Shown here: piece by piece, positions 27,001-40,099 of the stretch
Layout: each line of letters begins with the position of its first letter
Position numbering within the stretch: position 1 is the first letter of the stretch
Assembly: GCA_964016885.1 (NCBI GenBank)
Contig: OZ024741.1
Span: 259,098,001-259,162,000 of the forward strand
Length of the DNA: 64,000 bases
Reading direction: 5' to 3'
From: Eledone cirrhosa
Lineage: Eukaryota
Translations under genes and position numbers: made by a program
The notes under the pieces: model-generated
What the model was told of the DNA's origin: nothing
The model's input: the letters and a program-made list of their open reading frames with translations, nothing else
Database searches by the model: none

Positions 27001-30000
27001 CAGAACACTCATAAGTCAGAACACTCGTAAGTCAGAACACTCGTAAGTCGAAACACTCGTAAGCCGAAACACCGTAAGTCGAAACACCCGTATGTCGAAA
27101 CACTCGTAAGCCGAAACACTCTTAAGTCGAAACACTCATAAGCCGAAACACTCGTAAGTCGGAACACTCGTAAATCAGAACACCCGCAAGTCAGAACACT
27201 CGTAAATCAGAACACTCTTAAGTCGAAACTCACGTACGCCGAAACACTCGTAAGTCGAAACACTCGTAAGTCGAAACATCCTTAAGTCGAAACACTCGTA
27301 CACCGAAACACTCGTAAGTATAAACATTAGTAAGTCGAAACACTCGTATGTCGAAACACTCGTAAACCGAAACACTCGTAAGTCGGAACACTCGTAAGTC
27401 AGAACACTCGTAAGTCAGAACACTCGTAAGTCGAAACACTCATAAGTCGAAACACTCGTAAGTCGAAACACCCGTAAGTCGAAACAACCGTAAGTCGAAA
27501 CACTCGTATGTCGAATAACTCGTAAGCCGAAACACTCGTAAGCCAAAACATTCGTAAGTCGAAACACTCGTAAACCGAAACACTCGTAAGCCAAAACATT
27601 CGTAAGTCGAAACACTCGTAAGTCGAAACACCCATAGCCGAAACACTTGTAAGTCTGAACACACGTAAGTCAGAACACCCGTAAGTCAGAACACTCGTAA
27701 GTCAGAACACTCGTAAGTCAGAACACTCGTAAGTCAGAGCACTCGTATCGAAACACTCGTATGTCAAAACACCCGTAAGTCAAAACACTCGTAAGTCGAA
27801 ACACTCGTAAGCCGAAACACCGTAAGCCAAAACACTCGTAAGTCGAAACATCCGTAAGTCGGAACACTCGTAAGTCGAAACACTCGTAAGTCGAAACACT
27901 CGTAAGCCGAAACACTCGTAAGCCGAAACACTCGTAAGTCGGAACACTCGTAAGTCGGAACACTCGTAAGTCAGAACACTCGTAAGTCAGAACACTCGTA
28001 AGTCAGAACACTCGTAAGTCAGAACACTCGTAAGTCGAAACACTCGTATCGAAACACTCGTATGTCAAAACACCCGTAAGTCAAAACACTCGTAAGTCGA
28101 AACACTCGTAAGTCGAAACATTCGTATGTCGAAACATCCGTAAATCAGAACACTCGTAAGTCGAAACACTCGTAAGTCGAAACACTCGTAAGCCGAAACA
28201 CTCGTAAGTCGAAGCACTCGTATCGAAACACTCGTAAGTCGAAACACCCTTAAGTCAAAACACTCGTAAGCCAAAACACTCGTAAGTCGAAACACTCGTA
28301 AGTCGGAACACTCGTAAGTCAGAACACTCGTAAGTCAGTACACTCGTAAGTGGAAACACGCGTAAGTCGAAACAGTCATAAGTCGAAACACTCGTAAGTC
28401 GAAACACCCGTAAGTCGAAACACCCGTAAGTCGAAACACTCGTATGTCGAATAACTCGTAAGCCGAAACACCGTAAGTCAAAACACTCGTAAGTCGAAAC
28501 ACTCGTAAGTCGAAACACCCATAAGCCGAAACACTCGTAAGCCAAAACATTCGTAAGTCGAAACACTCGTAAGTCGAAACACCCATAGCCGAAACACTCG
28601 TAAGTCTGAACACACGTAAGTCAGAACAGCCGTAAGTCAGAACACTCGTAAGTCAGAACACTCGTAAGTCAGAACACTCGTAAGTCAGAGCACTCGTATC
28701 GAAACACTCGTATGTCAAAACACCCGTAAGTCAAAACACTCGTAAGTCGAAACACTCGTAAGCCGAAACACCGTAAGCCAAAACACTCGTAAGTCGAAAC
28801 ACCCGTAAGTTGGAACACTCGTAAGTCGAAACACTCGTAAGTCGAAACACTCGTAAGCCGAAACACTCGTAAGCCGAAACACTCGTAAGTCGGAACACTC
28901 GTAAGTCGGAACACTCGTAAGTCAGAACACTCGTAAGTCAGAACACTCGTAAGTCAGAACACTCGTAAGTCAGAACACTCGTAAGTCGAAACACTCGTAT
29001 CGAAACACTCGTATGTCAAAACACCCGTAAGTCAAAACACTCGTAAGTCGAAACACTCGTAAGTCGAAACACTCGTATGTCGAAACATCCGTAAATCAGA
29101 ACACTCGTAAGTCGAAACACTCGTAAGTCGAAACACTCGTAAGCCGAAACACTCGTAAGCGAAAACATTCGTAAGTCGAAACACTCGTAACCCGAAACAC
29201 TCGTAAGTCGAAACACTCGAAAGCCGAAACACTCGTAAGTCGAAACAATCATAAGCCGAAACACTCGTAAGTCGGAACACTCGTAAGTCAGAACACCCGT
29301 AAGTCAGAACACTCGTAGTCAGAACACTCGTAAGTCGAAACACTCGTAAGCCGAAACACTCGCAAGTCGAAGCACTCGTAATCCGAAACACTCTTAAGTC
29401 GAAACACTCGTAAGTCAGAACACTCGTAAGTCGAAACACTCGTAAGCCGAAACATCCGTAAGTCAAAACATCCGTAAGTCAAAACATTCGTAAGTCGAAA
29501 CACGCGTAAGTCGAAACACATGTAAGTCAAAACACTCGTAAGTCAAAACACTCGTAAGGCGAAACACTCGTGAGTCGAAACACTCGTAAGTTGAAACACT
29601 CGTAAAGCGAAACGTATAAATAAAGATTAATGTAATGAATTTGAAAAGCATAGAGATTTGAAACCGCGTCTATTTGTTATTTTCGTAAGTCGAAACACTC
29701 GTAAGCCGAAGCACTCGTGAGCCGAAACACTCGTAAGTCGGAACACTCGTAAGTCAGAACACTCGTAAGTCAGAACACTCGTAAGTTAGAACACTCGTAA
29801 GTCAGAACACTCGTAAGTCAGAACACTCGTAAGTCAGAACACTCGTAAGTCGAAACACTCGTATCGAAACACTCGTATGTCAAAACAGCAGTAAGTCAAA
29901 ACACTCGTAAGTCGAAACACTCGTAAGCCGAAACACCGTAAGTCAAAACACTCGTAAGTCGAAACACTCGTAAGTCGAAACACTCGTAAGTCGAAACACT

Positions 30001-33000
30001 CGTAATCCGAAACACTCGTAAGCCGAAACACTCGTAAGTCGAAACACTCGTAAGTCGAAACACTCGTAAGCCGAAACACTCGTATGCCGAAACACTCGTA
30101 AGTCGGAACACTCGTAAGTCAGAACACTCATAAGTCAGAACACTCGTAAGTCAGAACACTCGTAAGTCGAAACACTCGTAAGCCGAAACACCGTAAGTCG
30201 AAACACCCGTATGTCGAAACACTCGTAAGCCGAAACACTCTTAAGTCGAAACACTCATAAGCCGAAACACTCGTAAGTCGGAACACTCGTAAATCAGAAC
30301 ACCCGCAAGTCAGAACACTCGTAAATCAGAACACTCTTAAGTCGAAACTTACGTACGCCGAAACAATCGTAAGTCGAAACACTCGTAAGTCGAAACATCC
30401 TTAAGTCGAAACACTCGTACACCGAAACCCTCGTAAGTATAAACATTAGTAAGTCGAAACACTCGTATGTCGAAACACTCGTAAACCGAAACACTCGTAA
30501 GTCGGAACACTCGTAAGTCAGAACACTCGTAAGTCAGAACACTCGTAAGTCGAAACACTCATAAGTCGAAACACTCGTAAGTCGAAACACCCGTAAGTCG
30601 AAACACCCGTAAGTCGAAACACTCGTATGTCGAATAACTCGTAAGCCGAAACACCGTAAGTCAAAACACTCGTAAGTCGAAACACTCGTAAGTCGAAACA
30701 CCCATAAGCCGAAACACTCGTAAGCCAAAACATTCGTAAGTCGAAACACTCGTAAACCGAAACACTCGTAAGCCAAAACATTCGTAAGTTGGAACACTCG
30801 TAAGTCAGAACACTCATAAGTCAGAACACTCGTAAGTCAGAACACTCGTAAGTCGAAACACTCGTAAGCCGAAACACCGTAAGTCGAAACACCCGTATGT
30901 CGAAACACTCGTAAGCCGAAACACTCTTAAGTCGAAACACCGTAAGCCGAAACACTTGTAAGTCTGAACACACGTAAGTCAGAACACCCGTAAGTCAGAA
31001 CACTTGTAAGTCAGAACACTCGTAAGTCAGAACACTCGTAAGTCAGAGCACTCGTATCGAAACACTCGTATGTCAAAACACCCGTAAGTCAAAACACTCG
31101 TAAGTCGAAACACTCGTAAGTCGAAACACTCGTAAGCCGAAACACCGTAAGCCAAAACACTCGTAAGTCGAAACACCCGTAAGTCGGAACACTCGTAAGT
31201 CGAAACACTCGTAAGCCGAAACACTCATAAGCCGAAACACTCGTAAGTCGGAACACTCGTAAGTCAGAACACCCGTAAGTCAGAACACTCGTAGTCAGAA
31301 CACTCGTTAGTCGAAACACTCGTAAGCCGAAACACTCTTAAGTCGAAGCACTCGTAATCCGAAACACTCTTAAGTCGAAACACTCGTAAGTCGGAAGACT
31401 CGTAAGTCAGAACATTCGTAAGTCAGAACACTCGTAAGTCGAAACACTCGTAAGCCGAAACATCCGTAAGTCAAAACATCCGTAGGTCAAAACATTCGTA
31501 AGTCGAAACACCCGTAGTCGAAACACTCGCATGTCGAAACACTCGTAAGTCGAAACACGCGTAAGTCGAAACACATGTAAGTCAAAACACTCGTAAGTCA
31601 AAACACTCGTAAGCCGAAACACTCGTAAGTCGAAACACTCGTAAAGCGAAACGTATAAATAAAGATTAATGTAATGAATTTGAAAAGCATAGAGATTTGA
31701 AACCGCGTCTATTTGTTATTTTCGTAAATCGAAACACTCGTAAGCCGAAACACTCGTGAGCCGAAACACTCGTAAGTCGGAACACTCGTAAGTCAGAACA
31801 CTCGTAAGTCAGAACACTCGTAAGTTAGAACACTCGTAAGTCAGAACACTCGTAAGTCAGAACACTCGTAAGTCAGAACACTCGTAAGTCGAAACACTCG
31901 TATCGAAACACTCGTATGTCAAAACACCAGTAAGTCAAAACACTCGTAAGTCGAAACACTCGTAAGCCGAAACACCGTAAGTCAAAACACTCATAAGTCG
32001 AAACACTCGTAAGTCGAAACACTCGTAAGTCGAAACACTCGTAAGCCGAAACACTCGTAAGCCGAAACACTCGTAAGTCGGAACACTCGTAAGTCAGAAC
32101 ACTCATAAGTCAGAACACTCGTAAGTCAGAACACTCGTAAGTCGAAACACTCGTAAGCCGAAACACCGTAAGTCGAAACACCCGTATGTCGAAACACTCG
32201 TAAGCCGAAACACTCTTAAGTCGAAACACTCATAAGCCGAAACACTCGTAAGTCGGAACACTCGTAAATCAGAACACCCGCAAGTCAGAACACTCGTAAA
32301 TCAGAACACTCTTAAGTCGAAACTCACGTACGCCGAAACACTCGTAAGTCGAAACACTCGTAAGTCGAAACATCCTTAAGTCGAAACACTCGTACACCGA
32401 AACACTCGTAAGTATAAACATTAGTAAGTCGAAACACTCGTATGTCGAAACACTCGTAAACCGAAACACTCGTAAGTCGGAACACTCGTAAGTCAGAACA
32501 CTCGTAAGTCAGAACACTCGTAAGTCGAAACACTCATAAGTCGAAACACTCGTAAGTCGAAACACCCGTAAGTCGAAACAACCGTAAGTCGAAACACTCG
32601 TATGTCGAATAACTCGTAAGCCGAAACACTCGTAAGCCAAAACATTCGTAAGTCGAAACACTCGTAAACCGAAACACTCGTAAGCCAAAACATTCGTAAG
32701 TCGAAACACTCGTAAGTCGAAACACCCATAGCCGAAACACTTGTAAGTCTGAACACACGTAAGTCAGAACACCCGTAAGTCAGAACACTCGTAAGTCAGA
32801 ACACTCGTAAGTCAGAACACTCGTAAGTCAGAGCACTCGTATCGAAACACTCGTATGTCAAAACACCCGTAAGTCAAAACACTCGTAAGTCGAAACACTC
32901 GTAAGCCGAAACACCGTAAGCCAAAACACTCGTAAGTCGAAACATCCGTAAGTCGGAACACTCGTAAGTCGAAACACTCGTAAGTCGAAACACTCGTAAG

Positions 33001-34240
33001 CCGAAACACTCGTAAGCCGAAACACTCGTAAGTCGGAACACTCGTAAGTCGGAACACTCGTAAGTCAGAACACTCGTAAGTCAGAACACTCGTAAGTCAG
33101 AACACTCGTAAGTCAGAACACTCGTAAGTCGAAACACTCGTATCGAAACACTCGTATGTCAAAACACCCGTAAGTCAAAACACTCGTAAGTCGAAACACT
33201 CGTAAGTCGAAACATTCGTATGTCGAAACATCCGTAAATCAGAACACTCGTAAGTCGAAACACTCGTAAGTCGAAACACTCGTAAGCCGAAACACTCGTA
33301 AGTCGAAACACTCGTATCGAAACACTCGTAAGTCGAAACACCCTTAAGTCAAAACACTCGTAAGCCAAAACACTCGTAAGTCGAAACACTCGTAAGTCGG
33401 AACACTCGTAAGTCAGAACACTCGTAAGTCAGTACACTCGTAAGTGGAAACACGCGTAAGTCGAAACAGTCATAAGTCGAAACACTCGTAAGTCGAAACA
33501 CCCGTAAGTCGAAACACCCGTAAGTCGAAACACTCGTATGTCGAATAACTCGTAAGCCGAAACACCGTAAGTCAAAACACTCGTAAGTCGAAACACTCGT
33601 AAGTCGAAACACCCATAAGCCGAAACACTCGTAAGCCAAAACATTCGTAAGTCGAAACACTCGTAAGTCGAAACACCCATAGCCGAAACACTCGTAAGTC
33701 TGAACACACGTAATTCAGAACAGCCGTAAGTCAGAACACTCGTAAGTCAGAACACTCGTAAGTCAGAACACTCGTAAGTCAGAGCACTCGTATCGAAACA
33801 CTCGTATGTCAAAACACCCGTAAGTCAAAACACTCGTAAGTCGAAACACTCGTAAGCCGAAACACCGTAAGCCAAAACACTCGTAAGTCGAAACACCCGT
33901 AAGTTGGAACACTCGTAAGTCGAAACACTCGTAAGTCGAAACACTCGTAAGCCGAAACACTCGTAAGCCGAAACACTCGTAAGTCGGAACACTCGTAAGT
34001 CGGAACACTCGTAAGTCAGAACACTCGTAAGTCAGAACACTCGTAAGTCAGAACACTCGTAAGTCAGAACACTCGTAAGTCGAAACACTCGTATCGAAAC
34101 ACTCGTATGTCAAAACACCCGTAAGTCAAAACACTCGTAAGTCGAAACACTCGTAAGTCGAAACACTCGTATGTCGAAACATCCGTAAATCAGAACACTC
34201 GTAAGTCGAAACACTCGTAAGTCGAAACACTCGTAAGCCG
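18010..34240 (+). repeat. Higher-order repeat, ~3 copies with periods 5054 and 5094 bp
   Basis: Offset +5054: 18346/23400, 19466/24520, 21505/26559, 22664/27718. Offset +5094: 24520/29614, 26559/31653, 28065/33159, 28669/33763. The marker aaacagcagtaag occurs near 19735, 24790 and 29883. Confidence 0.92.
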
Positions 34241-37200
34241 AAACACTCGTAAGTCGAAGCACTCGTATCGAAACACTCGTAAGTCGAAACACCCTTAAGT
34301 CAAAACACTCGTAAGCCAAAACACTCGTAAGTCGAAACACTCGTAAGTCGGAACACTCGTATGTCAGAACACTCGTAAGTCAGAACACTCGTAAGTGGAA
34401 ACACGCGTAAGTCGAAAGACCCGTAAGTCAAAAATCTCGTAAGTCAAAACACTCGTAAGCCGAAACACTCGTAAGTCGAAACACTCGTAAGTCGAAACAT
34501 TCGTAAAGCGAAACGTATAAATAAAGATTAATGTAATGAACTTGAAAAGCATAGATATTTGAAACCGCGTCTATTTGTTATTTTCGTAAGTCGAAACACT
34601 CGTAAGTCAGAACACTCGTAAGTCAGAACACTCTTAAGTCAGAACACTCGTATCGAAACACGTATGTCAAAACACCCGTAAGTCAAAACACTCGTAAGTC
34701 GAAACACTCGTAAGTCGAAACACTTGTAAGCCGAAACAATCGTAAGTCAAAACACTCGTAAGTCGAAACACTCGTAAGCCGAAAATACTCGTAAGTCGGA
34801 ACACCCGTAAGCCGAAACCCTCGTAGGTCGGAACACTCGTAAGTCGAAACACTCGTAAGTCGAAACACCCGTAAGTCGAAACACTCGTAAGTCGAAACAC
34901 CCGTAAGTCGAAACATCCGTAAGTCAAAACACTCGTATGTCGAAACACTCGTAAGCCGAAACACTCGTAAGTCGGAACACTCGCAAGTCAGAACACTCGT
35001 AAGTCAGAACACTCGTAAGTCGAAACACTCGTAAGTCGAAACACCCGTAAGTCGAAACGCCCGTAAGTCAAAACACTCGTATGTCGAAACACTCGCAAGC
35101 CGAAAAACCGTAAGTCAAAACACTCGTAAGTCGAAACACTCGTAAATCGAAACACTCGTAAGCCGAAACACTCGTAAGCGAAAACATTCGTTAGTCGAAA
35201 CACTCGTATCCCGAAACACTCGTTAGTCGAAACACTCGAAAGCCGAAACACTCGTAAGTCGAAACACTCATAAGCCGAAACACTCGTAAGTCGGAACACT
35301 CGTAAGTCAGAACACCCGTAAATCAGAACACTCGTAGTCAGAACACTCGTAAGTCGAAACACTCGTAAGCCGAAACACTCGCAAGTCGAAGCACTCGTAA
35401 TCCGAAACACTCTTAAGTCGAAACACTCGTAAGTCGGAACACTCGTAAGTCAGAACACTCGTAAGTCAGAACACTCGTAAGTCGAAACACTCGTAAGCCG
35501 AAACATCCGTAAGTCAAAACATCCGTAAGTCAAAACATTCGTAAGTCGAAACACCCGTAGTCGAAACACTCGCAAGTCGAAACACTCGTAAGTCGAAACA
35601 CGCGTAAGTCGAAACACATGTAAGTCAAAACACTCGTAAGTCAAAACACTCGTAAGCCGAAACACTCGTAAAGCGAAACGTATAAATAAATATTAATGTA
35701 ATGAATTTGAAAAGCATAGAGATTTGAAACCGCGTCTATTTGTTATTTTCGTAAGTCGAAACACTCGTAAGCCGAAACACTCGTGAGCCGAAACACTCGT
35801 AAGTCGGAACACTCGTAAGTCAGAACACTCGTAAGTCAGAACACTCGTAAGTTAGAACACTCGTAAGTCAGAACACTCGTAAGTCAGAACACTCGTAAGT
35901 CGAAACACTCGTATCGAAACACTCGTATGTCAAAACACCCGTAAGTCAAAACACTCGTAAGTCGAAACACTCGTAAGTCGAAACACTCGTAAGCCGAAAC
36001 ACTCGTAAGCCGAAACACTCGTAAGTCGGAACACTCGTAAGTCGGAACACTCGTAAGTCAGAACACTCGTAAGTCAGAACACTCGTAAGTCAGAACACTC
36101 GTAAGTCAGAACACTCGTAAGTCGAAACACTCGTATCGAAACACTCGTATGTCAAAACACCCGTAAGTCAAAACACTCGTAAGTCGAAACACTCGTAAGT
36201 CGAAACACTCGTATGTCGAAACATCCGTAAATCAGAACACTCGTAAGTCGAAACACTCGTAAGTCGAAACACTCGTAAGCCGAAACACTCGTAAGTCGAA
36301 GCACTCGTATCGAAACACTCGTAAGTCGAAACACCCTTAAGTCAAAACACTCGTAAGCCAAAACACTCGTAAGTCGAAACACTCGTAAGTCGGAACACTC
36401 GTAAGTCAGAACACTCGTAAGTCAGAACACTCGTAAGTGGAAACACGCGTAAGTCGAAAGACCCGTAAGTCAAAAATCTCGTAAGTCAAAACACTCGTAA
36501 GCCGAAACACACGTAAGTCGAAACACTCGTAAGTCGAAACATTCGTAAAGCGAAACGTATAAATAAAGATTAATGTAATCAACTTGAAAAGCATAGATAT
36601 TTGAAACCGCGTCTATTTGTTATTTTCGTAAGTCGAAACACTCGTAAGTCAGAACACTCGTAAGTCAGAACACTCTTAAGTCAGAACACTCGTATCGAAA
36701 CACGTATGTCAAAACACCCGTAAGTCAAAACACTCGTAAGTCGAAACACTCGTAAGTCGAAACACTCGTAAGCCGAAACAATCGTAAGTCAAAACACTCG
36801 TAAGTCGAAACACTCGTAAGCCGAAAATACTCGTAAGTCGGAACACCCGTAAGCCGAAACCCTCGTAAGTCGGAACACTCGTAAGTCAGAACACCCGTAA
36901 GTCAGAACACTCGTAGTCAGAACACTCGTTAGTCGAAACACTCGTAAGCCGAAACACTCTTAAGTCGAAGCACTCGTAATCCGAAACACTCTTAAGTCAG
37001 AACACCCGTAAGTCAGAACACTCGTAAGTCAGAACACTCGTAAGTCAGAACACTCGTAAGTCAGAGCACTCGTATCGAAACACTCGTATGTCAAAACACC
37101 CGTAAGTCAAAACACTCGTAAGTCGAAACACTCGTAAGTCGAAACACTCGTAAGCCGAAACACCGTAAGCCAAAACACTCGTAAGTCGAAACACCCGTAA

Positions 37201-40099
37201 GTCGGAACACTCGTAAGTCGAAACACTCGTAAGCCGAAACACTCATAAGCCGAAACACTCGTAAGTCGGAACACTCGTAAGTCAGAACACCCGTAAGTCA
37301 GAACACTCGTAGTCAGAACACTCGTTAGTCGAAACACTCGTAAGCCGAAACACTCTTAAGTCGAAGCACTCGTAATCCGAAACACTCTTAAGTCGAAACA
37401 CTCGTAAGTCGGAAGACTCGTAAGTCAGAACACTCGTAAGTCAGAACACTCGTAAGTCGAAACACTCGTAAGCCGAAACATCCGTAAGTCAAAACATCCG
37501 TAGGTCAAAACATTCGTAAGTCGAAACACCCGTAGTCGAAACACTCGCATGTCGAAACACTCGTAAGTCGAAACACGCGTAAGTCGAAACACATGTAAGT
37601 CAAAACACTCGTAAGTCAAAACACTCGTAAGCCGAAACACTCGTAAGTCGAAACACTCGTAAAGCGAAACGTATAAATAAAGATTAATGTAATGAATTTG
37701 AAAAGCATAGAGATTTGAAACCGCGTCTATTTGTTATTTTCGTAAATCGAAACACTCGTAAGCCGAAACACTCGTGAGCCGAAACACTCGTAAGTCGGAA
37801 CACTCGTAAGTCAGAACACTCGTAAGTCAGAACACTCGTAAGTTAGAACACTCGTAAGTCAGAACACTCGTAAGTCAGAACACTCGTAAGTCAGAACACT
37901 CGTAAGTCGAAACACTCGTATCGAAACACTCGTATGTCAAAACACCAGTAAGTCAAAACACTCGTAAGTCGAAACACTCGTAAGCCGAAACACCGTAAGT
38001 CAAAACACTCGTAAGTCGAAACACTCGTAAGTCGAAACACTCGTAAGTCGAAACACTCGTAAGTCGAAACACTCGTAAGCCGAAACACTCGTAAGCCGAA
38101 ACACTCGTAAGTCGGAACACTCGTAAGTCAGAACACTCATAAGTCAGAACACTCGTAAGTCAGAACACTCGTAAGTCGAAACACTCGTAAGCCGAAACAC
38201 CGTAAGTCGAAACACCCGTATGTCGAAACACTCGTAAGCCGAAACACTCTTAAGTCGAAACACTCATAAGCCGAAACACTCGTAAGTCGGAACACTCGTA
38301 AATCAGAACACCCGCAAGTCAGAACACTCGTAAATCAGAACACTCTTAAGTCGAAACTCACGTACGCCGAAACACTCGTAAGTCGAAACACTCGTAAGTC
38401 GGAACACTCGTAAGTCGAAACATCCTTAAGTCGAAACACTCGTACACCGAAACACTCGTAAGTATAAACATTAGTAAGTCGAAACACTCGTATGTCGAAA
38501 CACTCGTAAACCGAAACACTCGTAAGTCGGAACACTCGTAAGTCAGAACACTCGTAAGTCAGAACACTCGTAAGTCGAAACACTCATAAGTCGAAACACT
38601 CGTAAGTCGAAACACCCGTAAGTCGAAACAACCGTAAGTCGAAACACTCGTATGTCGAATAACTCGTAAGCCGAAACACTCGTAAGCCAAAACATTCGTA
38701 AGTCGAAACACTCGTAAACCGAAACACTCGTAAGCCAAAACATTCGTAAGTCTAAACACTCGTAAGTCGAAACACCCATAGCCGAAACACTTGTAAGTCT
38801 GAACACACGTAAGTCAGAACACCCGTAAGTCATAACACTCGTAAGTCAGAACACTCGTAAGTCAGAACACTCGTAAGTCAGAGCACTCGTATCGAAACAC
38901 TCGTATGTCAAAACACCCGTAAGTCAAAACACTCGTAAGTCGAAACACTCGTAAGCCGAAACACCGTAAGCCAAAACACTCGTAAGTCGAAACATCCGTA
39001 AGTCGCAACACTCGTAAGTCGAAACACTCGTAAGTCGAAACACTCGTAAGCCGAAACACTCGTAAGTCGGAACACTCGTAAGTCGGAACACTCGTAAGTC
39101 AGAACACTCGTAAGTCAGAACACTCGTAAGTCAGAACACTCGTAAGTCAGAACACTCGTAAGTCGAAACACTCGTATCGAAACACTCGTATGTCAAAACA
39201 CCCGTAAGTCAAAACACTCGTAAGTCGAAACACTCGTAAGTCGAAACATTCGTATGTCGAAACATCCGTAAATCAGAACACTCGTAAGTCGAAACACTCG
39301 TAAGTCGAAACACTCGTAAGCCGAAACACTCGTAAGTCGAAGCACTCGTATCGAAACACTCGTAAGTCGAAACACCCTTAAGTCAAAACACTCGTAAGCC
39401 AAAACACTCGTAAGTCGAAACACTCGTAAGTCGGAACACTCGTAAGTCAGAACACTCGTAAGTCAGAACACTCGTAAGTGGAAACACGCGTAAGTCGAAA
39501 CAGTCATAAGTCGAAACACTCGTAAGTCGAAACACCCGTAAGTCGAAACACCCGTAAGTCGAAACACTCGTATGTCGAATAACTCGTAAGCCGAAACACC
39601 GTAAGTCAAAACACTCGTAAGTCGAAACACTCGTAAGTCGAAACACCCATAAGCCGAAACACTCGTAAGCCAAAACATTCGTAAGTCGAAACACTCGTAA
39701 GTCGAAACACCCATAGCCGAAACACTCGTAAGTCTGAACACACGTAAGTCAGAACAGCCGTAAGTCAGAACACTCGTAAGTCAGAACACTCGTAAGTCAG
39801 AACACTCGTAAGTCAGAGCACTCGTATCGAAACACTCGTATGTCAAAACACCCGTAAGTCAAAACACTCGTAAGTCGAAACACTCGTAAGCCGAAACACC
39901 GTAAGCCAAAACACTCGTAAGTCGAAACACCCGTAAGTCGGAACACTCGTAAGTCGAAACACTCGTAAGTCGAAACACTCGTAAGCCGAAACACTCGTAA
40001 GCCGGAACACTCGTAAGTCGGAACACTCGTAAGTCGGAACACTCGTAAGTCAGAACACTCGTAAGTCAGAACACTCGTAAGTCAGAACACTCGTAAGTC

